A program made the translations under genes and the position numbers. The notes beneath the pieces were generated by a model. The model was not told where the DNA came from, did not search any database, and saw nothing but the letters and a program-made list of their open reading frames with translations. Positions 39,266 through 48,420 of a stretch of 64,000 bases of DNA are shown in pieces. Every line of letters starts with the position of its first letter. Positions within the stretch are counted from its first letter, which is position 1. The stretch comes from an uncultured Clostridia bacterium (GTDB lineage: Bacteria > Bacillota > Limnochordia > DTU080 > RSA5), in NCBI GenBank assembly GCA_964424335.1, contig CAYRIY010000004.1, forward strand, positions 9,068 through 73,067. The letters are read 5' to 3'.

Positions 39266-39472
39266 ATGAATCAACCGCCGATGGAAATGTTGAGCGAGAA
39301 AGTAGACAGCAGGTACAGCCTTGTGGTGTGCGCCGCAAAGCGAGCGCGCCAACTCCTCGAGGGAGCTCCGCGGCTGGTCGAAGTCGAATCAAACAAACCC
39401 GTCACCATCGCCCTGCACGAGTTGGGCGCGGATAAGCTCGTCTACGAACGGGCGAGCGCGAGCATCAAGTAG
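39266..39472 (+). CDS. rpoZ: RNA polymerase omega subunit
   Basis: MNQPPMEMLSEKVDSRYSLVVCAAKRARQL matches the RpoZ pattern. Confidence 0.8.
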   Translation: MNQPPMEMLSEKVDSRYSLVVCAAKRARQLLEGAPRLVEVESNKPVTIALHELGADKLVYERASASIK

Positions 39473-39517
39473 CGGGGAGTCTTATCCATTCCGCCCATCG
39501 CAGAAGTCATCGTCGAC

Positions 39518-41710
39518 TTGCACGTACACGACGTCGACCGCGTGTTTCATTACGCTGTTCCCGCACATCTTTCCGATCGCTTGGCGATCGGTCACAGAGT
39601 CGCTGTGCCTTTTGGCCATCGTGACCGGGTCGAAGGGTATGTCGTCGGCCTCTCCGAGTCGAGCGACCGCTGTGACCTAAAGGCGATCGGAGAGATCTTG
39701 GACGACGATCCGCTGCTCTCGCCCGCTGCGATTGCCGCTGCCAAGTGGATGCGCGACTTTTACCTGTGTACGCTCTCACAAGCGCTGCAGTGCTTCCTGC
39801 CTCCAGGAGCCAGCCTGCGGTCGAAACAAAGGGCCAACGAGCAGACGCTCCTGGCCTACCAGGTCGATCGAATTGAACAGGCGGAGGCCGCCTTGCCTGA
39901 GCTCGAGCGCCGTGCCCCAAAGCAGGCCGCGGCGTTGAGATTGCTCCTTTCTCAAGGCCGACCCTGTGAACTGAAAATGCTCAGGCAAGCGGGCATCGGT
40001 CGGGATGCATTGGTGCGCCTGGTCGAAAAGGGACTCGTCGCTCCCGTCCGCATTCGTGTAGGAAGGAGCCCCGTAGAAGCAAACTCCAGGCCAAGCCGTG
40101 CGCCGTACCGGCTCAGCTCCGTTCAAGACGCGGCCTTGCGGCGGATCGTCGGCAGCATAGAGCGGGGCGTCGCACAGTCCCACGTGCTTCAGGGCGTCAC
40201 GGGGAGTGGCAAGACGGAAGTTTACCTCCAGGCGATCGACGAGGCGATGCGCCGAGGCCGTGGGGCGATCTTGCTCGTGCCAGAGATCGCCCTAACCGAG
40301 CAGACCGTGAGCCACCTCCAGGCGTATTTTGGATCAAAGCTCGCAGTGCTTCACAGTCGCCTCTCCCTTGGCGAGCGGTTCGATCAGTGGCACTCGATCC
40401 ATCGGGGAGAAGTCTCCATCGTGGTCGGAGCGCGATCCGCCGTCTTCGCGCCGGTGCAAAACCTCGGCCTGATCATTCTGGACGAAGAGCACGAGACGTC
40501 GTACAAGCAGGAGGAGGCGCCGCGATACCACGCCAGAGAGGTGGCATGGACGCGAGCGAAAGAAGAGAATGCCACGCTCGTACTCGGCTCCGCGACGCCC
40601 GCGCTCGAATCCCGCTTGGCGGCCGAGCGCGGCGAGCGATCCCACATCCTCCTTCCTGAGCGGATCGACGGCAGGCCGCTTCCGAACGTCGAAGTTGTAG
40701 ACATGCGCAAGGAGCTCGCGGCGGGAAATCGGTCCGTCTTCAGCCGCTTGCTTTTCGACGGTTTGACCGCGGCCATCGCCCGAGGCGAGCAAGCGGTCTT
40801 GTTCATCAACCGCCGGGGCTTCGCTTCGTTTCTTCTTTGCCGTGAGTGTGGCTATGTGCCGGTGTGCGACCAGTGTGAAGTGAGTCTCACGTTCCATCAA
40901 CCCGACTCGCTCCGCTGTCACTATTGCGATGCTCACGCGACGCTCAAAGGCGCGTGTCCCGTTTGCAAGGGACCCTACTTGCGGCCATTTGGCGGGGGCA
41001 CCCAGCGCGTCGAACACGAGTTGAACACCGTGATGCCACATGTTCGCACGATCCGCATGGACGTAGACACGACGCGGCGCAAGGGTTCGCACGGACGCAT
41101 CCTGAGGGCGTTTGGCGAGGGCGCGTACGACGTGCTCATCGGCACGCAAATGATCGCGAAAGGGCTTCACTTTCCGGAAGTGACCCTCGTTGGGGTGGTG
41201 TCCGCGGACACCGGATTGCACTTTCCCGACTTCAGGGCCGCCGAACGCACATTTCAGCTCCTGACGCAGGTCGCAGGACGCGCCGGGCGGGGCGAGCGGG
41301 AAGGGCGTGTCATCATTCAGACCTACGCGCCCGATCACTACGCGATCAAGGCTGCAATGGGTCACGATTATGAAGGGTTTTACAGGTTTGAGCTCGGATT
41401 TAGGAAGCGGGCAGGCTATCCTCCGTACACCTCGCTCGTGCGGTGTGTGTGGAGCGGCGAGGTCGAGGAGAACGTGATCCGGGCCGCGCAGGAAGGATGG
41501 GCGTCCCTCCATGCGATCGTCGGAGGTCCGGAGGTCGTGGGACCATGTCCCGCGCCCTTGGCGCGACTAAAGGGAAGGTACCGGTGGCACCTTTTGCTCA
41601 AAGGATCGCCAAGCGAGGTAAGGGAGGCGGCGCACGCCTTGCGCACCTCTGAGCGGCGAAGAGACGACGTCCGTCTCGTTCTCGACGTCGACCCTGCGAA
41701 CATGCTGTGA
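39518..41710 (+). CDS. priA: Primosomal protein N' (PriA helicase)
   Basis: 3'BD N-terminus (HYAVP), Walker A GVTGSGKT, DEEH, and the Cys-rich zinc-binding region CRECGYVPVCDQCEVSLTFH...CHYCD...CPVC. Confidence 0.9.
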   Translation: MHVHDVDRVFHYAVPAHLSDRLAIGHRVAVPFGHRDRVEGYVVGLSESSDRCDLKAIGEILDDDPLLSPAAIAAAKWMRDFYLCTLSQALQCFLPPGASLRSKQRANEQTLLAYQVDRIEQAEAALPELERRAPKQAAALRLLLSQGRPCELKMLRQAGIGRDALVRLVEKGLVAPVRIRVGRSPVEANSRPSRAPYRLSSVQDAALRRIVGSIERGVAQSHVLQGVTGSGKTEVYLQAIDEAMRRGRGAILLVPEIALTEQTVSHLQAYFGSKLAVLHSRLSLGERFDQWHSIHRGEVSIVVGARSAVFAPVQNLGLIILDEEHETSYKQEEAPRYHAREVAWTRAKEENATLVLGSATPALESRLAAERGERSHILLPERIDGRPLPNVEVVDMRKELAAGNRSVFSRLLFDGLTAAIARGEQAVLFINRRGFASFLLCRECGYVPVCDQCEVSLTFHQPDSLRCHYCDAHATLKGACPVCKGPYLRPFGGGTQRVEHELNTVMPHVRTIRMDVDTTRRKGSHGRILRAFGEGAYDVLIGTQMIAKGLHFPEVTLVGVVSADTGLHFPDFRAAERTFQLLTQVAGRAGRGEREGRVIIQTYAPDHYAIKAAMGHDYEGFYRFELGFRKRAGYPPYTSLVRCVWSGEVEENVIRAAQEGWASLHAIVGGPEVVGPCPAPLARLKGRYRWHLLLKGSPSEVREAAHALRTSERRRDDVRLVLDVDPANML

Positions 41711-41762
41711 CACCGACGGATTTATGGCGAGGCACGGGTTTTTGGAAAGCGAGTGAGCCGAC

Positions 41763-42275
41763 ATGGCTGTACTGGAAATACGCAAGGAAGGCGACCCCGT
41801 ACTGCGGGAGAAGGCGGCCCCGGTCGAGAAGGTGACGAAGCGGATCGCCAAGCTGATCAAGGACATGGAGGAAACGATGTACGCCGCCGACGGCGTCGGT
41901 CTGGCAGCGCCTCAGGTCGGGGTCCTCCTCAGGATCTTCGTGGCAGACGCCGGCGAAGGCCCCATGACCTTTATCAATCCGGTGCTCGTCGAGGGCAAGG
42001 GGTCCCAGGTGGACAGCGAGGGGTGCCTGAGCATCCCCGGAGTATACGGGTACGTGGATCGATACGAGTCCGTGGTCGTGACGGCGCAGGACGCCAAAGG
42101 AAAGTCCCGCCGCATCGAGGCGAGCGGCCTCATGGCTCGGGTGATTCAGCACGAGATGGACCACCTTGACGGTATACTTTTCACGGACAAGGCCACGGGC
42201 GTCAGCCGTCCGGGCGATCAAGGTTCCCAGTCGGCGGCCGATGCCGACAGCGAACAACCTGCCGGGGGCGCGTGA
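41763..42275 (+). CDS. def: Peptide deformylase
   Basis: GVGLAAPQ, EGCLS, HEMDHL motifs. Confidence 0.9.
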   Translation: MAVLEIRKEGDPVLREKAAPVEKVTKRIAKLIKDMEETMYAADGVGLAAPQVGVLLRIFVADAGEGPMTFINPVLVEGKGSQVDSEGCLSIPGVYGYVDRYESVVVTAQDAKGKSRRIEASGLMARVIQHEMDHLDGILFTDKATGVSRPGDQGSQSAADADSEQPAGGA

Positions 42276-43204
42276 TGGGCTTGGACATCGTGTTCATGGG
42301 GACGCCGGAATTTGCCGTGCCGGCGCTCGAGCGACTTTGCAAGTCGCCTCACACCGTGCGCGCGGTCGTGACCGCTCCGGATCGCCCAAGGGGCCGCGGA
42401 CACGCCGTGCAGCCGACGCCGGTGGCGCGTGCGGCAAAGTCGCTCGGGCTCGAGGTGTGGAAGCCTGAGAGCGTAAGAGATGAAGGCTTTTTGGACAGGC
42501 TGAAATGTACGGGGGCGCACGCCGTTGCGCTGGTGGCTTACGGCAAGATCATCCCCCCGAGCGTCTTGGAGTGGCCGGAATTTGGCTGCATCAACGTCCA
42601 CCCGTCGCTCTTGCCCAAGTATCGAGGCGCGTCGCCGATTCACGCCCCTCTTTTGCACGGCGATTCGACGACGGGTGTTACCACCATGTTCATGGACGAA
42701 GGATTGGACACCGGGGATATTCTACTCCAAGAGGAAATCCCGATCGAGCCGGACGACAACGCGGGCGATCTCCATGATCGGCTTGCAGCGCTTGGCGCTG
42801 ATTTGTTGCTCACAACATTCGACGGACTCGAACAGGGCTCGCTGCGGCGCGTGCCGCAAGACGACGAAAAGGCAACTTACGCGCCGAAAGTCGTGAAGGA
42901 GCAGATTCGCTGGGACATGCCTTCCACCCAGGTTGCCGCCCGCATTCGGGGTCTTTCGCCTTTTCCCGGAGCGTACACCTATATGGGTATGGCGCGGCTC
43001 AAGATTTTGCGGGCGGTCCCAGGACCTTTGGAGGTTTCCCTACCGCCAGGCGCGGTGGTCTCCCTATCGGAGGACGGCGTGGTCGTCGCTTGCAAGGAAG
43101 GTTCCGTCGTGATCCTCGAAGCGCAACCCGAAGGCAAATCGCCGTTGACCGCCGGGGTGTTTGTGGGGGGTTATGCTGCTCAAATCAAGGCAGGGTTTGC
43201 TTGA
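42272..43204 (+). CDS. fmt: Methionyl-tRNA formyltransferase
   Basis: MGTPEFAVP...NVHPSLLPKYRGASPI formyltransferase N-terminus. Confidence 0.9.
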   Translation: MMGLDIVFMGTPEFAVPALERLCKSPHTVRAVVTAPDRPRGRGHAVQPTPVARAAKSLGLEVWKPESVRDEGFLDRLKCTGAHAVALVAYGKIIPPSVLEWPEFGCINVHPSLLPKYRGASPIHAPLLHGDSTTGVTTMFMDEGLDTGDILLQEEIPIEPDDNAGDLHDRLAALGADLLLTTFDGLEQGSLRRVPQDDEKATYAPKVVKEQIRWDMPSTQVAARIRGLSPFPGAYTYMGMARLKILRAVPGPLEVSLPPGAVVSLSEDGVVVACKEGSVVILEAQPEGKSPLTAGVFVGGYAAQIKAGFA

Positions 43205-43318
43205 CAGAGCAAACCGCGCCAAGGTATTTTCTAGAGTGGAGGAGCGGTTTCAAGGCTCCTCATAGGTTTCCATCGCCCTTTGGACTTTTATGATGTTTAT
43301 ATGGAGGTCATGGGAAGC

Positions 43319-44023
43319 ATGTCATTCATTGACTTTATCGATCCAATCGGATTTATGCTCCTGATCCCCGCCTTCGCGCTCGCGATGTACGCCCAGTTCA
43401 AGGTGCAGTCGACGTTTGCCAAGTACCTACAAGTGCGGGCAAAAAGCGGAATCACGGGAGCGCAGGTGGCCCGGACGCTTCTCAACGACGCCGGATTGCA
43501 CGACGTGCCGGTAGAGGTGATTCCGGGACGGCTGACCGACCACTACGATCCCAGGTCGCGCACAATGCGACTGTCGCCGGACGTGTACCACGGCACCTCC
43601 GTCGCATCGCTCGGCGTTGCCGCGCACGAGACAGGGCACGCGCTCCAGCACGCGGAAAACTACGTCCCGCTGACGATTCGCAATCAGATTTTCCCGATCG
43701 CCGCCTTCGGTTCGCAGCTTGCGATGCCGCTCTTTCTCATCGGCCTGATCTTTGCGTCTCCAGGTGTCAGTGGTTGGTTCATGGATCTTGGCATTTGGTT
43801 GTTCACCGCAGCCGTCGCGTTTCAAGTCGTCACGCTGCCGGTCGAGTTCAACGCGAGCTCGAGGGCCATGAAGCTCTTGGTCGATCGAGGCTTCATCGAT
43901 CGGGATGAGGCCCCGCGCACGCGCGCCGTCTTGAGCGCTGCGGCCCTGACCTATGTGGCGGCCGCGGCCGTGGCGGCGCTGCAGTTGCTCCGGCTCGTCC
44001 TCCTGCGTAATTCGAGGGATTAA
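43319..44023 (+). CDS. YugP-like membrane zinc metallopeptidase (Zn_peptidase_2 family)
   Basis: HExxH motif in AAHETGHALQH, flanking TM helices, and the FDPT-like N-terminus IDFIDPIGF. Confidence 0.6.
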   Translation: MSFIDFIDPIGFMLLIPAFALAMYAQFKVQSTFAKYLQVRAKSGITGAQVARTLLNDAGLHDVPVEVIPGRLTDHYDPRSRTMRLSPDVYHGTSVASLGVAAHETGHALQHAENYVPLTIRNQIFPIAAFGSQLAMPLFLIGLIFASPGVSGWFMDLGIWLFTAAVAFQVVTLPVEFNASSRAMKLLVDRGFIDRDEAPRTRAVLSAAALTYVAAAAVAALQLLRLVLLRNSRD

Positions 44024-45426
44024 TGCGGGGGCCAAGTCGGGCGCGCCTCGCGGCGGCGCATGTGCTCGAGCGGGTCGAAACGAAAGGGGCCTTTGCTCCG
44101 ATCGCGTTGACTTCGGCCATCCAGTCGCACGACCTCGCGCCTATGGATCGCAATTTGGCTACGGAAATCGTGTATGGCGTCCTCCGCTGGCGAGGACGCC
44201 TTGATTTTTACCTCTCGCGCTTTTCAAAGCGCAGGATCGGCTCCCTTTCGCCTTGGGTGCGAAACGCCATGCGGATCGGCGCCTTTCACGTTCTTTTCCA
44301 CGACTCGGTCCCTATACCAGTGGCGCTCAGCGAGAGCGTGGAGCTCGCGAAGGTGAAAGAGCGCTACGCTGCGGGCTACGTGAACGCGGTCCTCCGAGCA
44401 TTCGTGCGGGGGCGCGCCTCGGTGCGTTTCCCAGATCCAGACAAGGACATTGCCTCCTACCTCGAGACGTGGGAATCCCATCCAAGATGGCTCGTAGAGC
44501 GCTGGCTCGCCGCGTGGGGAAATGAAGGCGCCAGGTCTCTTTGCGCTACGAACAACGCGCCCGCCGACATCACCTTGCGGGTCAACGTCGCCAAAACTTC
44601 CGTCGAGGATGTGAGGGCGGGGCTGCTCAGTGTGGGAATCGAACCGAGCATGGGGCGTTTGACTCCGCATGCGCTCCGGGTTCGGGCCGCGGGCTCGGTC
44701 GAGGGCCTACCAGGCTTTGAGCAAGGTCTCTTCCACATTCAGGACGAGGGCTCTCAACTTGTCGGTTGGGCGGTGGCCCCGGACGGGCGCGGCCCCATCG
44801 CCGATGTTTGCGCCGGGCCGGGAGGGAAGACGACACACTTGGCCGAGCTTTGGCACGTTCGCTCAGGCCGAACCGAGCCCCCTGTGAGCGCCCCGATCGT
44901 CGCGTTCGACCTCCACGACCATCGCACAGCGCTCATAACAAGCAGTGCGGCCCGCCTGGGGCTGGATCGGCTCATCCGCGTCCACACAGCCGATGCGCGT
45001 GCGATCAGCCCCGATGTGTACGGCACGTTCTCTCGGGTGCTCGTCGACGCGCCCTGCACAGGGACAGGCGTCCTGCGTCGCCGCCCCGATCTGCGCTGGC
45101 AAAAGTCGCCCGAGGACGTCGCAGCGCTCGTCCAAACGCAGCGGGAGATCCTTACCGGCGCCGAGCGGCTGGTAGCAAAAGGAGGCACGCTGGTCTACTC
45201 CACGTGCAGCCTCGAGCCCGAAGAAAACATCGAAAACGCACGGTGGTTCCTGGCACGGTTCCCCGAATTTCGGCCCGAGTCGATGGCGGACGACCTCCCA
45301 TCGCTCGCGAACCTTGCAAGAGATCGATTCGCGCTCGATGGAGCCGCGCTGCAACTTGCGCCACATTTGGACGGGACGGATGGTATGTTTATTTTCCGAG
45401 CGATTCGACGAGAAGTTGGAAAATGA
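44023..45426 (+). CDS. rsmB: 16S rRNA m5C967 methyltransferase (NusB-like N-terminus plus SAM-MTase)
   Basis: DVCAGPGGKTTHLAE, ...DAPCTGTGVLRRRPD..., TLVYSTCSLEPEENE. Confidence 0.85.
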   Translation: MRGPSRARLAAAHVLERVETKGAFAPIALTSAIQSHDLAPMDRNLATEIVYGVLRWRGRLDFYLSRFSKRRIGSLSPWVRNAMRIGAFHVLFHDSVPIPVALSESVELAKVKERYAAGYVNAVLRAFVRGRASVRFPDPDKDIASYLETWESHPRWLVERWLAAWGNEGARSLCATNNAPADITLRVNVAKTSVEDVRAGLLSVGIEPSMGRLTPHALRVRAAGSVEGLPGFEQGLFHIQDEGSQLVGWAVAPDGRGPIADVCAGPGGKTTHLAELWHVRSGRTEPPVSAPIVAFDLHDHRTALITSSAARLGLDRLIRVHTADARAISPDVYGTFSRVLVDAPCTGTGVLRRRPDLRWQKSPEDVAALVQTQREILTGAERLVAKGGTLVYSTCSLEPEENIENARWFLARFPEFRPESMADDLPSLANLARDRFALDGAALQLAPHLDGTDGMFIFRAIRREVGK

Positions 45427-45499
45427 AGGAGTGATTGGAATCGCGGGGAATTCTTGACAAAATTTACTGGCGACCGCTATAAGGAGGATCTCCATAAGT

Positions 45500-46294
45500 A
45501 TGGCTTCACGACCGATCCGAGTGATGATCGCCGACAACAACGTCGAGCTGTGTCGAACGATCCAAGAGTTCTTGACCACGCAAGGGGACATGGAGATCGC
45601 TGCAATCGCGCACGACGGCAAGGAAGCGTTGGACCGAATGGAGGAGGCGAGGCCCGACGTCGTCGTGCTCGACATCACGATGCCCAACCTCGACGGCATG
45701 GCCGTCCTGGAAAGGATGGGGAGCCTCAACCTAAACCCACGGCCGACGGTCATCGTGCTGACCGCCATGGGGCGGGAGGACATCATCCAAAGGTTTACCG
45801 AGCTTGGGGCTGAGTATTTCATTATCAAGCCATTCGACCTCGAGCTGCTCGCCGAACGCATCCGACAATTTTCGAGCGGGTCCGGATCGGCGCTCGTGGG
45901 CGAGGCGAGGGGTGATCGGGGCCTCGTCCGGGGCGTAGAAGATGCCTCACTTACCGTCACGCAGCTCCTTCACCGCATGGGCGTCCCGCCGAATTTCAAA
46001 GGTTACAACTACTTGCGTGACGGCGTTTTGATGGTGCTGCGCGACACGCAGTTGCTTGGCGGCGCATTGACAAAGCGGCTCTACCCCGAACTTGCGGAGA
46101 AGTATCGCACGACGCCCGGCGGGGTGGAAGCGGCCATTCGAAACGCGGTGCTGGCATGTTATGAGCGCGGCAATCGCGAGTTTATCGACGAGCTGTGCGG
46201 CCAGGGACCGAGAGCAAAAAAGACATGTCCCACTAACTCGATGGTCATCGCAAAGCTTGCCGACCACATTCGCTTGCAGCAAAAGGTCGGGTAA
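45500..46294 (+). CDS. spo0A: Sporulation master regulator Spo0A (receiver domain plus Spo0A-specific DNA-binding domain)
   Basis: Receiver VMIADNNVELC...DVVVLDITMPNLDGMAVLERM...YFIIKPFDLELLAERIRQ. The C-terminal domain LLHRMGVPPNFKGYNYLRDGV...LTKRLYPELAEKYRTTPGGVEAAIRNAV matches B. subtilis Spo0A [20 protein letters not shown]...[25 protein letters not shown]. Confidence 0.85.
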   Translation: MASRPIRVMIADNNVELCRTIQEFLTTQGDMEIAAIAHDGKEALDRMEEARPDVVVLDITMPNLDGMAVLERMGSLNLNPRPTVIVLTAMGREDIIQRFTELGAEYFIIKPFDLELLAERIRQFSSGSGSALVGEARGDRGLVRGVEDASLTVTQLLHRMGVPPNFKGYNYLRDGVLMVLRDTQLLGGALTKRLYPELAEKYRTTPGGVEAAIRNAVLACYERGNREFIDELCGQGPRAKKTCPTNSMVIAKLADHIRLQQKVG

Positions 46295-46308
46295 TAACCA
46301 GCGACGCG

Positions 46309-46662
46309 CTACTCACCGGGCGGCGGGCTCGCCAAGCGCCGCCCCGATCTTGAGTATTGCTCCATCTCTCTGAGCAAGTCGTCCAAGAGCTTGATTTGTT
46401 GTTCTTTGAGCCGCACGATCCGCAGCACTTTCTGGTGCAGTTGGGGGGCGCGCGTGCTTAGCATGAGGTCTTGATAGTCATTTCGCAGGAGAAGGCGTTC
46501 AAGGAGCAGGAGCTTTTCAGTAAGGTGCTCGTGCACTTTGCGTTCCCACACCCTTGTCGTCCGTGGCCTATCGCACGCGGGACGGATGACGTTTTCTACA
46601 ATCACACTATGCATCGGCCGTGCGAAAGGCGCGGGCAAAGCCGCTCCATCTTGATTACTCAA
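46309..46662 (-). CDS. Hypothetical 117-aa protein (coiled-coil-like; low confidence)
   Basis: The ORF is convergent with spo0A in a locally lower-GC stretch. No recognisable motif was found. Confidence 0.25.
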   Translation of the reverse strand: MSNQDGAALPAPFARPMHSVIVENVIRPACDRPRTTRVWERKVHEHLTEKLLLLERLLLRNDYQDLMLSTRAPQLHQKVLRIVRLKEQQIKLLDDLLREMEQYSRSGRRLASPPPGE

Positions 46663-46684
46663 GGCCCAATCGGCTACACTATTG

Positions 46685-46724
46685 AATGAGAAAGAGCCCA
46701 GCGCTATATTCCGCCGGGCTCTTT
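46685..46724 (-). terminator. Candidate terminator downstream of tRNA-Pro on the minus strand (AAAGAGCCC / GGGCTCTTT 9-bp stem, then a U-rich tail on the minus strand)
   Basis: Inverted repeat 46691-46699 / 46716-46724 with a 16-nt loop. On the minus strand it is followed by CUCAUUCAAU. Confidence 0.35.
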
Positions 46725-46772
46725 CCCACTAAAAAACCGCCTATGGGCGCCGCCACGAAGGGGCGACGATGT

Positions 46773-46850
46773 TGGTCGGGGCGGCCAGATTTGAACTGGC
46801 GACCTCTGCGTCCCGAACGCAGCGCTCTAGCCAAGCTGAGCCACGCCCCG
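46773..46850 (-). tRNA. tRNA-Pro (anticodon CGG), CCA encoded
   Basis: The reverse complement reads CGGGGCGTGGCTCAGCTTGGCTAGAGCGCTGCGTTCGGGACGCAGAGGTCGCCAGTTCAAATCTGGCCGCCCCGACCA. Acceptor 7 bp CGGGGCG/CGCCCCG, D-stem GCTC/GAGC, anticodon stem CTGCG/CGCAG with loop TTCGGGA, T-arm GCCAG-TTCAAAT-CTGGC. Confidence 0.85.
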
Positions 46851-46880
46851 ATGCAACATCAATAATTCTAGCCCAACGTC

Positions 46881-47252
46881 TTAGGGGTTGTCAATGGGCG
46901 TTGCACCTGGTTGAGTCATAAATGGATCGTTGGTGACGTCGAGACGCTCGGCCGCAAATGCGTAAAACTTTTTGAGCGTCATCGCAAGCCTGCGGCGGTA
47001 TGCAGCAGACGACGATGTCGAAAGGAACGCCTGGATGTCCTCAGGCCTGCTGTTTTGGATGAGAAATCGCAAGTAGCGGCTTGCGTCGCCGACATAGTAA
47101 TACTCAGACTTGATTCCTTGATCGTATAGGTACTCGAGGTACGCCGTTAGAAAATGTACCCTGGCTTGTTTGCTCACAGGTCGACCACACACCTTTGATT
47201 GGCGAAAAAGCCTTGCGTATGTGGTAGTGTTGCCGCAGAGGCCTTGGCACAT
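46881..47252 (-). pseudogene. Possible remnant of a tyrosine-integrase N-terminal (SAM-like core-binding) domain with no catalytic domain
   Basis: LTAYLEYLYDQGIKSEYYYVGDASRYLRFLIQN...EDIQAFLSTSSSAAYRRRLAMTLKKFYAFAAERLDVTNDPF resembles the XerD/phage-integrase N-terminal helical domain. The ORF stops where the catalytic domain would begin. It lies 31 nt from tRNA-Pro and its start abuts the rlmN start, which makes it suspect. Confidence 0.35.
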
Positions 47253-47283
47253 TTCCCAGCACTCGATTCCTCGCTCGGCAGAA

Positions 47284-48345
47284 ATGGGGAAGTTAATGTC
47301 TACCGTCTCGTCAACTCAATTACTCAACATCGTGGGGATGGATCGGGCCGAATTGCGCGACCTCATCGAGCGCGCAGGTGAACCGTCTTACCGGGCGGAG
47401 CAGATCATGCGCTGGCTGCATCAGCGGGACGTCGACTCGATCGATTCGATGACCAACCTTTCCAAGGGATTGCGCTCAGCCTTGGCCGACCAATATCGCG
47501 TCGACCGGCTGGAAACGATCGCGTGCGAACGTTCGCAAGACGGCGTCACTAAGTTGCTGATGAAGCTTTGTGACGGGTTGACGATCGAATCCGTGCTCAT
47601 ACCCGAAGGAAAGCGTCAGACCGCGTGCATATCCTCACAGGCCGGTTGCGGGATCGGTTGCGCATTTTGCGCGACGGCCCTGGGAGGGTTTAACCGCAAC
47701 CTTGCGGCAGGCGAAATCGTCGATCAAGTGCGGGCGCTGGAGGAGAGCTCCGGCCACAAAGTGACCAACGTCGTCTTCATGGGAATGGGCGAACCGTTCC
47801 AAAACTACGCCAACGTGATCAAGGCGGCCAAACTATTGAATGACCCTTGGGGAAAATCGATCGGCGCACGTCACATCACGATCTCAACCTCGGGTGTTGT
47901 GCCGATGATCGAGCGCTTTACCGAGGAACGTTTGCAGTTTGTGCTCGCGATCTCCTTGCACGCCGGCACGAATGACGTGCGTGACCGACTGGTGCCGCTC
48001 AACCGCAAGTACCCGATCGAGGCGTTGATCGATGCGTGCAGACGGTACGTGACGACGACCGGCCGGCGCGTCACGTTTGAGTACGTCATGATCGACGGCG
48101 TCAACGACGGGCTCGACCAGGCCGAGGGCGTACTAAAGCACGCGCATGGGCTCATGTGCCACGTCAACTTGATTCCCCTCAACGCGGTGCCGGAGACGGG
48201 TCTCCTTAGATCGCGCGACGATGCGATCGAAAGGTTTGCCGAGCGCTTGCGCAAGGGCGGCCTGCCGACGACGATCCGGCGAGAGCGGGGGGCCGACATT
48301 CAGGCGGCGTGCGGACAGTTGCGCAGGAGCCGTCCACGAGCTTGA
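47284..48345 (+). CDS. rlmN: 23S rRNA/tRNA m2A2503 methyltransferase (radical SAM)
   Basis: The ATG at 47284 (MGKLMSTVSSTQLLN...) is used; the tracked ORF from 47170 is probably too long. Radical-SAM Cys triad ISSQAGCGIGCAFCAT and the conserved GMGEP. Confidence 0.9.
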   Translation: MGKLMSTVSSTQLLNIVGMDRAELRDLIERAGEPSYRAEQIMRWLHQRDVDSIDSMTNLSKGLRSALADQYRVDRLETIACERSQDGVTKLLMKLCDGLTIESVLIPEGKRQTACISSQAGCGIGCAFCATALGGFNRNLAAGEIVDQVRALEESSGHKVTNVVFMGMGEPFQNYANVIKAAKLLNDPWGKSIGARHITISTSGVVPMIERFTEERLQFVLAISLHAGTNDVRDRLVPLNRKYPIEALIDACRRYVTTTGRRVTFEYVMIDGVNDGLDQAEGVLKHAHGLMCHVNLIPLNAVPETGLLRSRDDAIERFAERLRKGGLPTTIRRERGADIQAACGQLRRSRPRA

Positions 48346-48420
48346 AACTTGCGGCCGGCGCGCTTTCTGCGGTGAATTCTCGTAACTCTTTGCAAAGGTC
48401 GTTTGTGAGGTGATCGCCAG

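Noticed and set aside
45454-45483. TTGACA-18-TATAAG sigma-A-like promoter immediately upstream of spo0A
   Set aside because: The -10 element abuts the RBS AAGGAGG, leaving no room for a transcription start and leader. It is probably a chance match, and the real spo0A promoter or promoters cannot be placed by eye.
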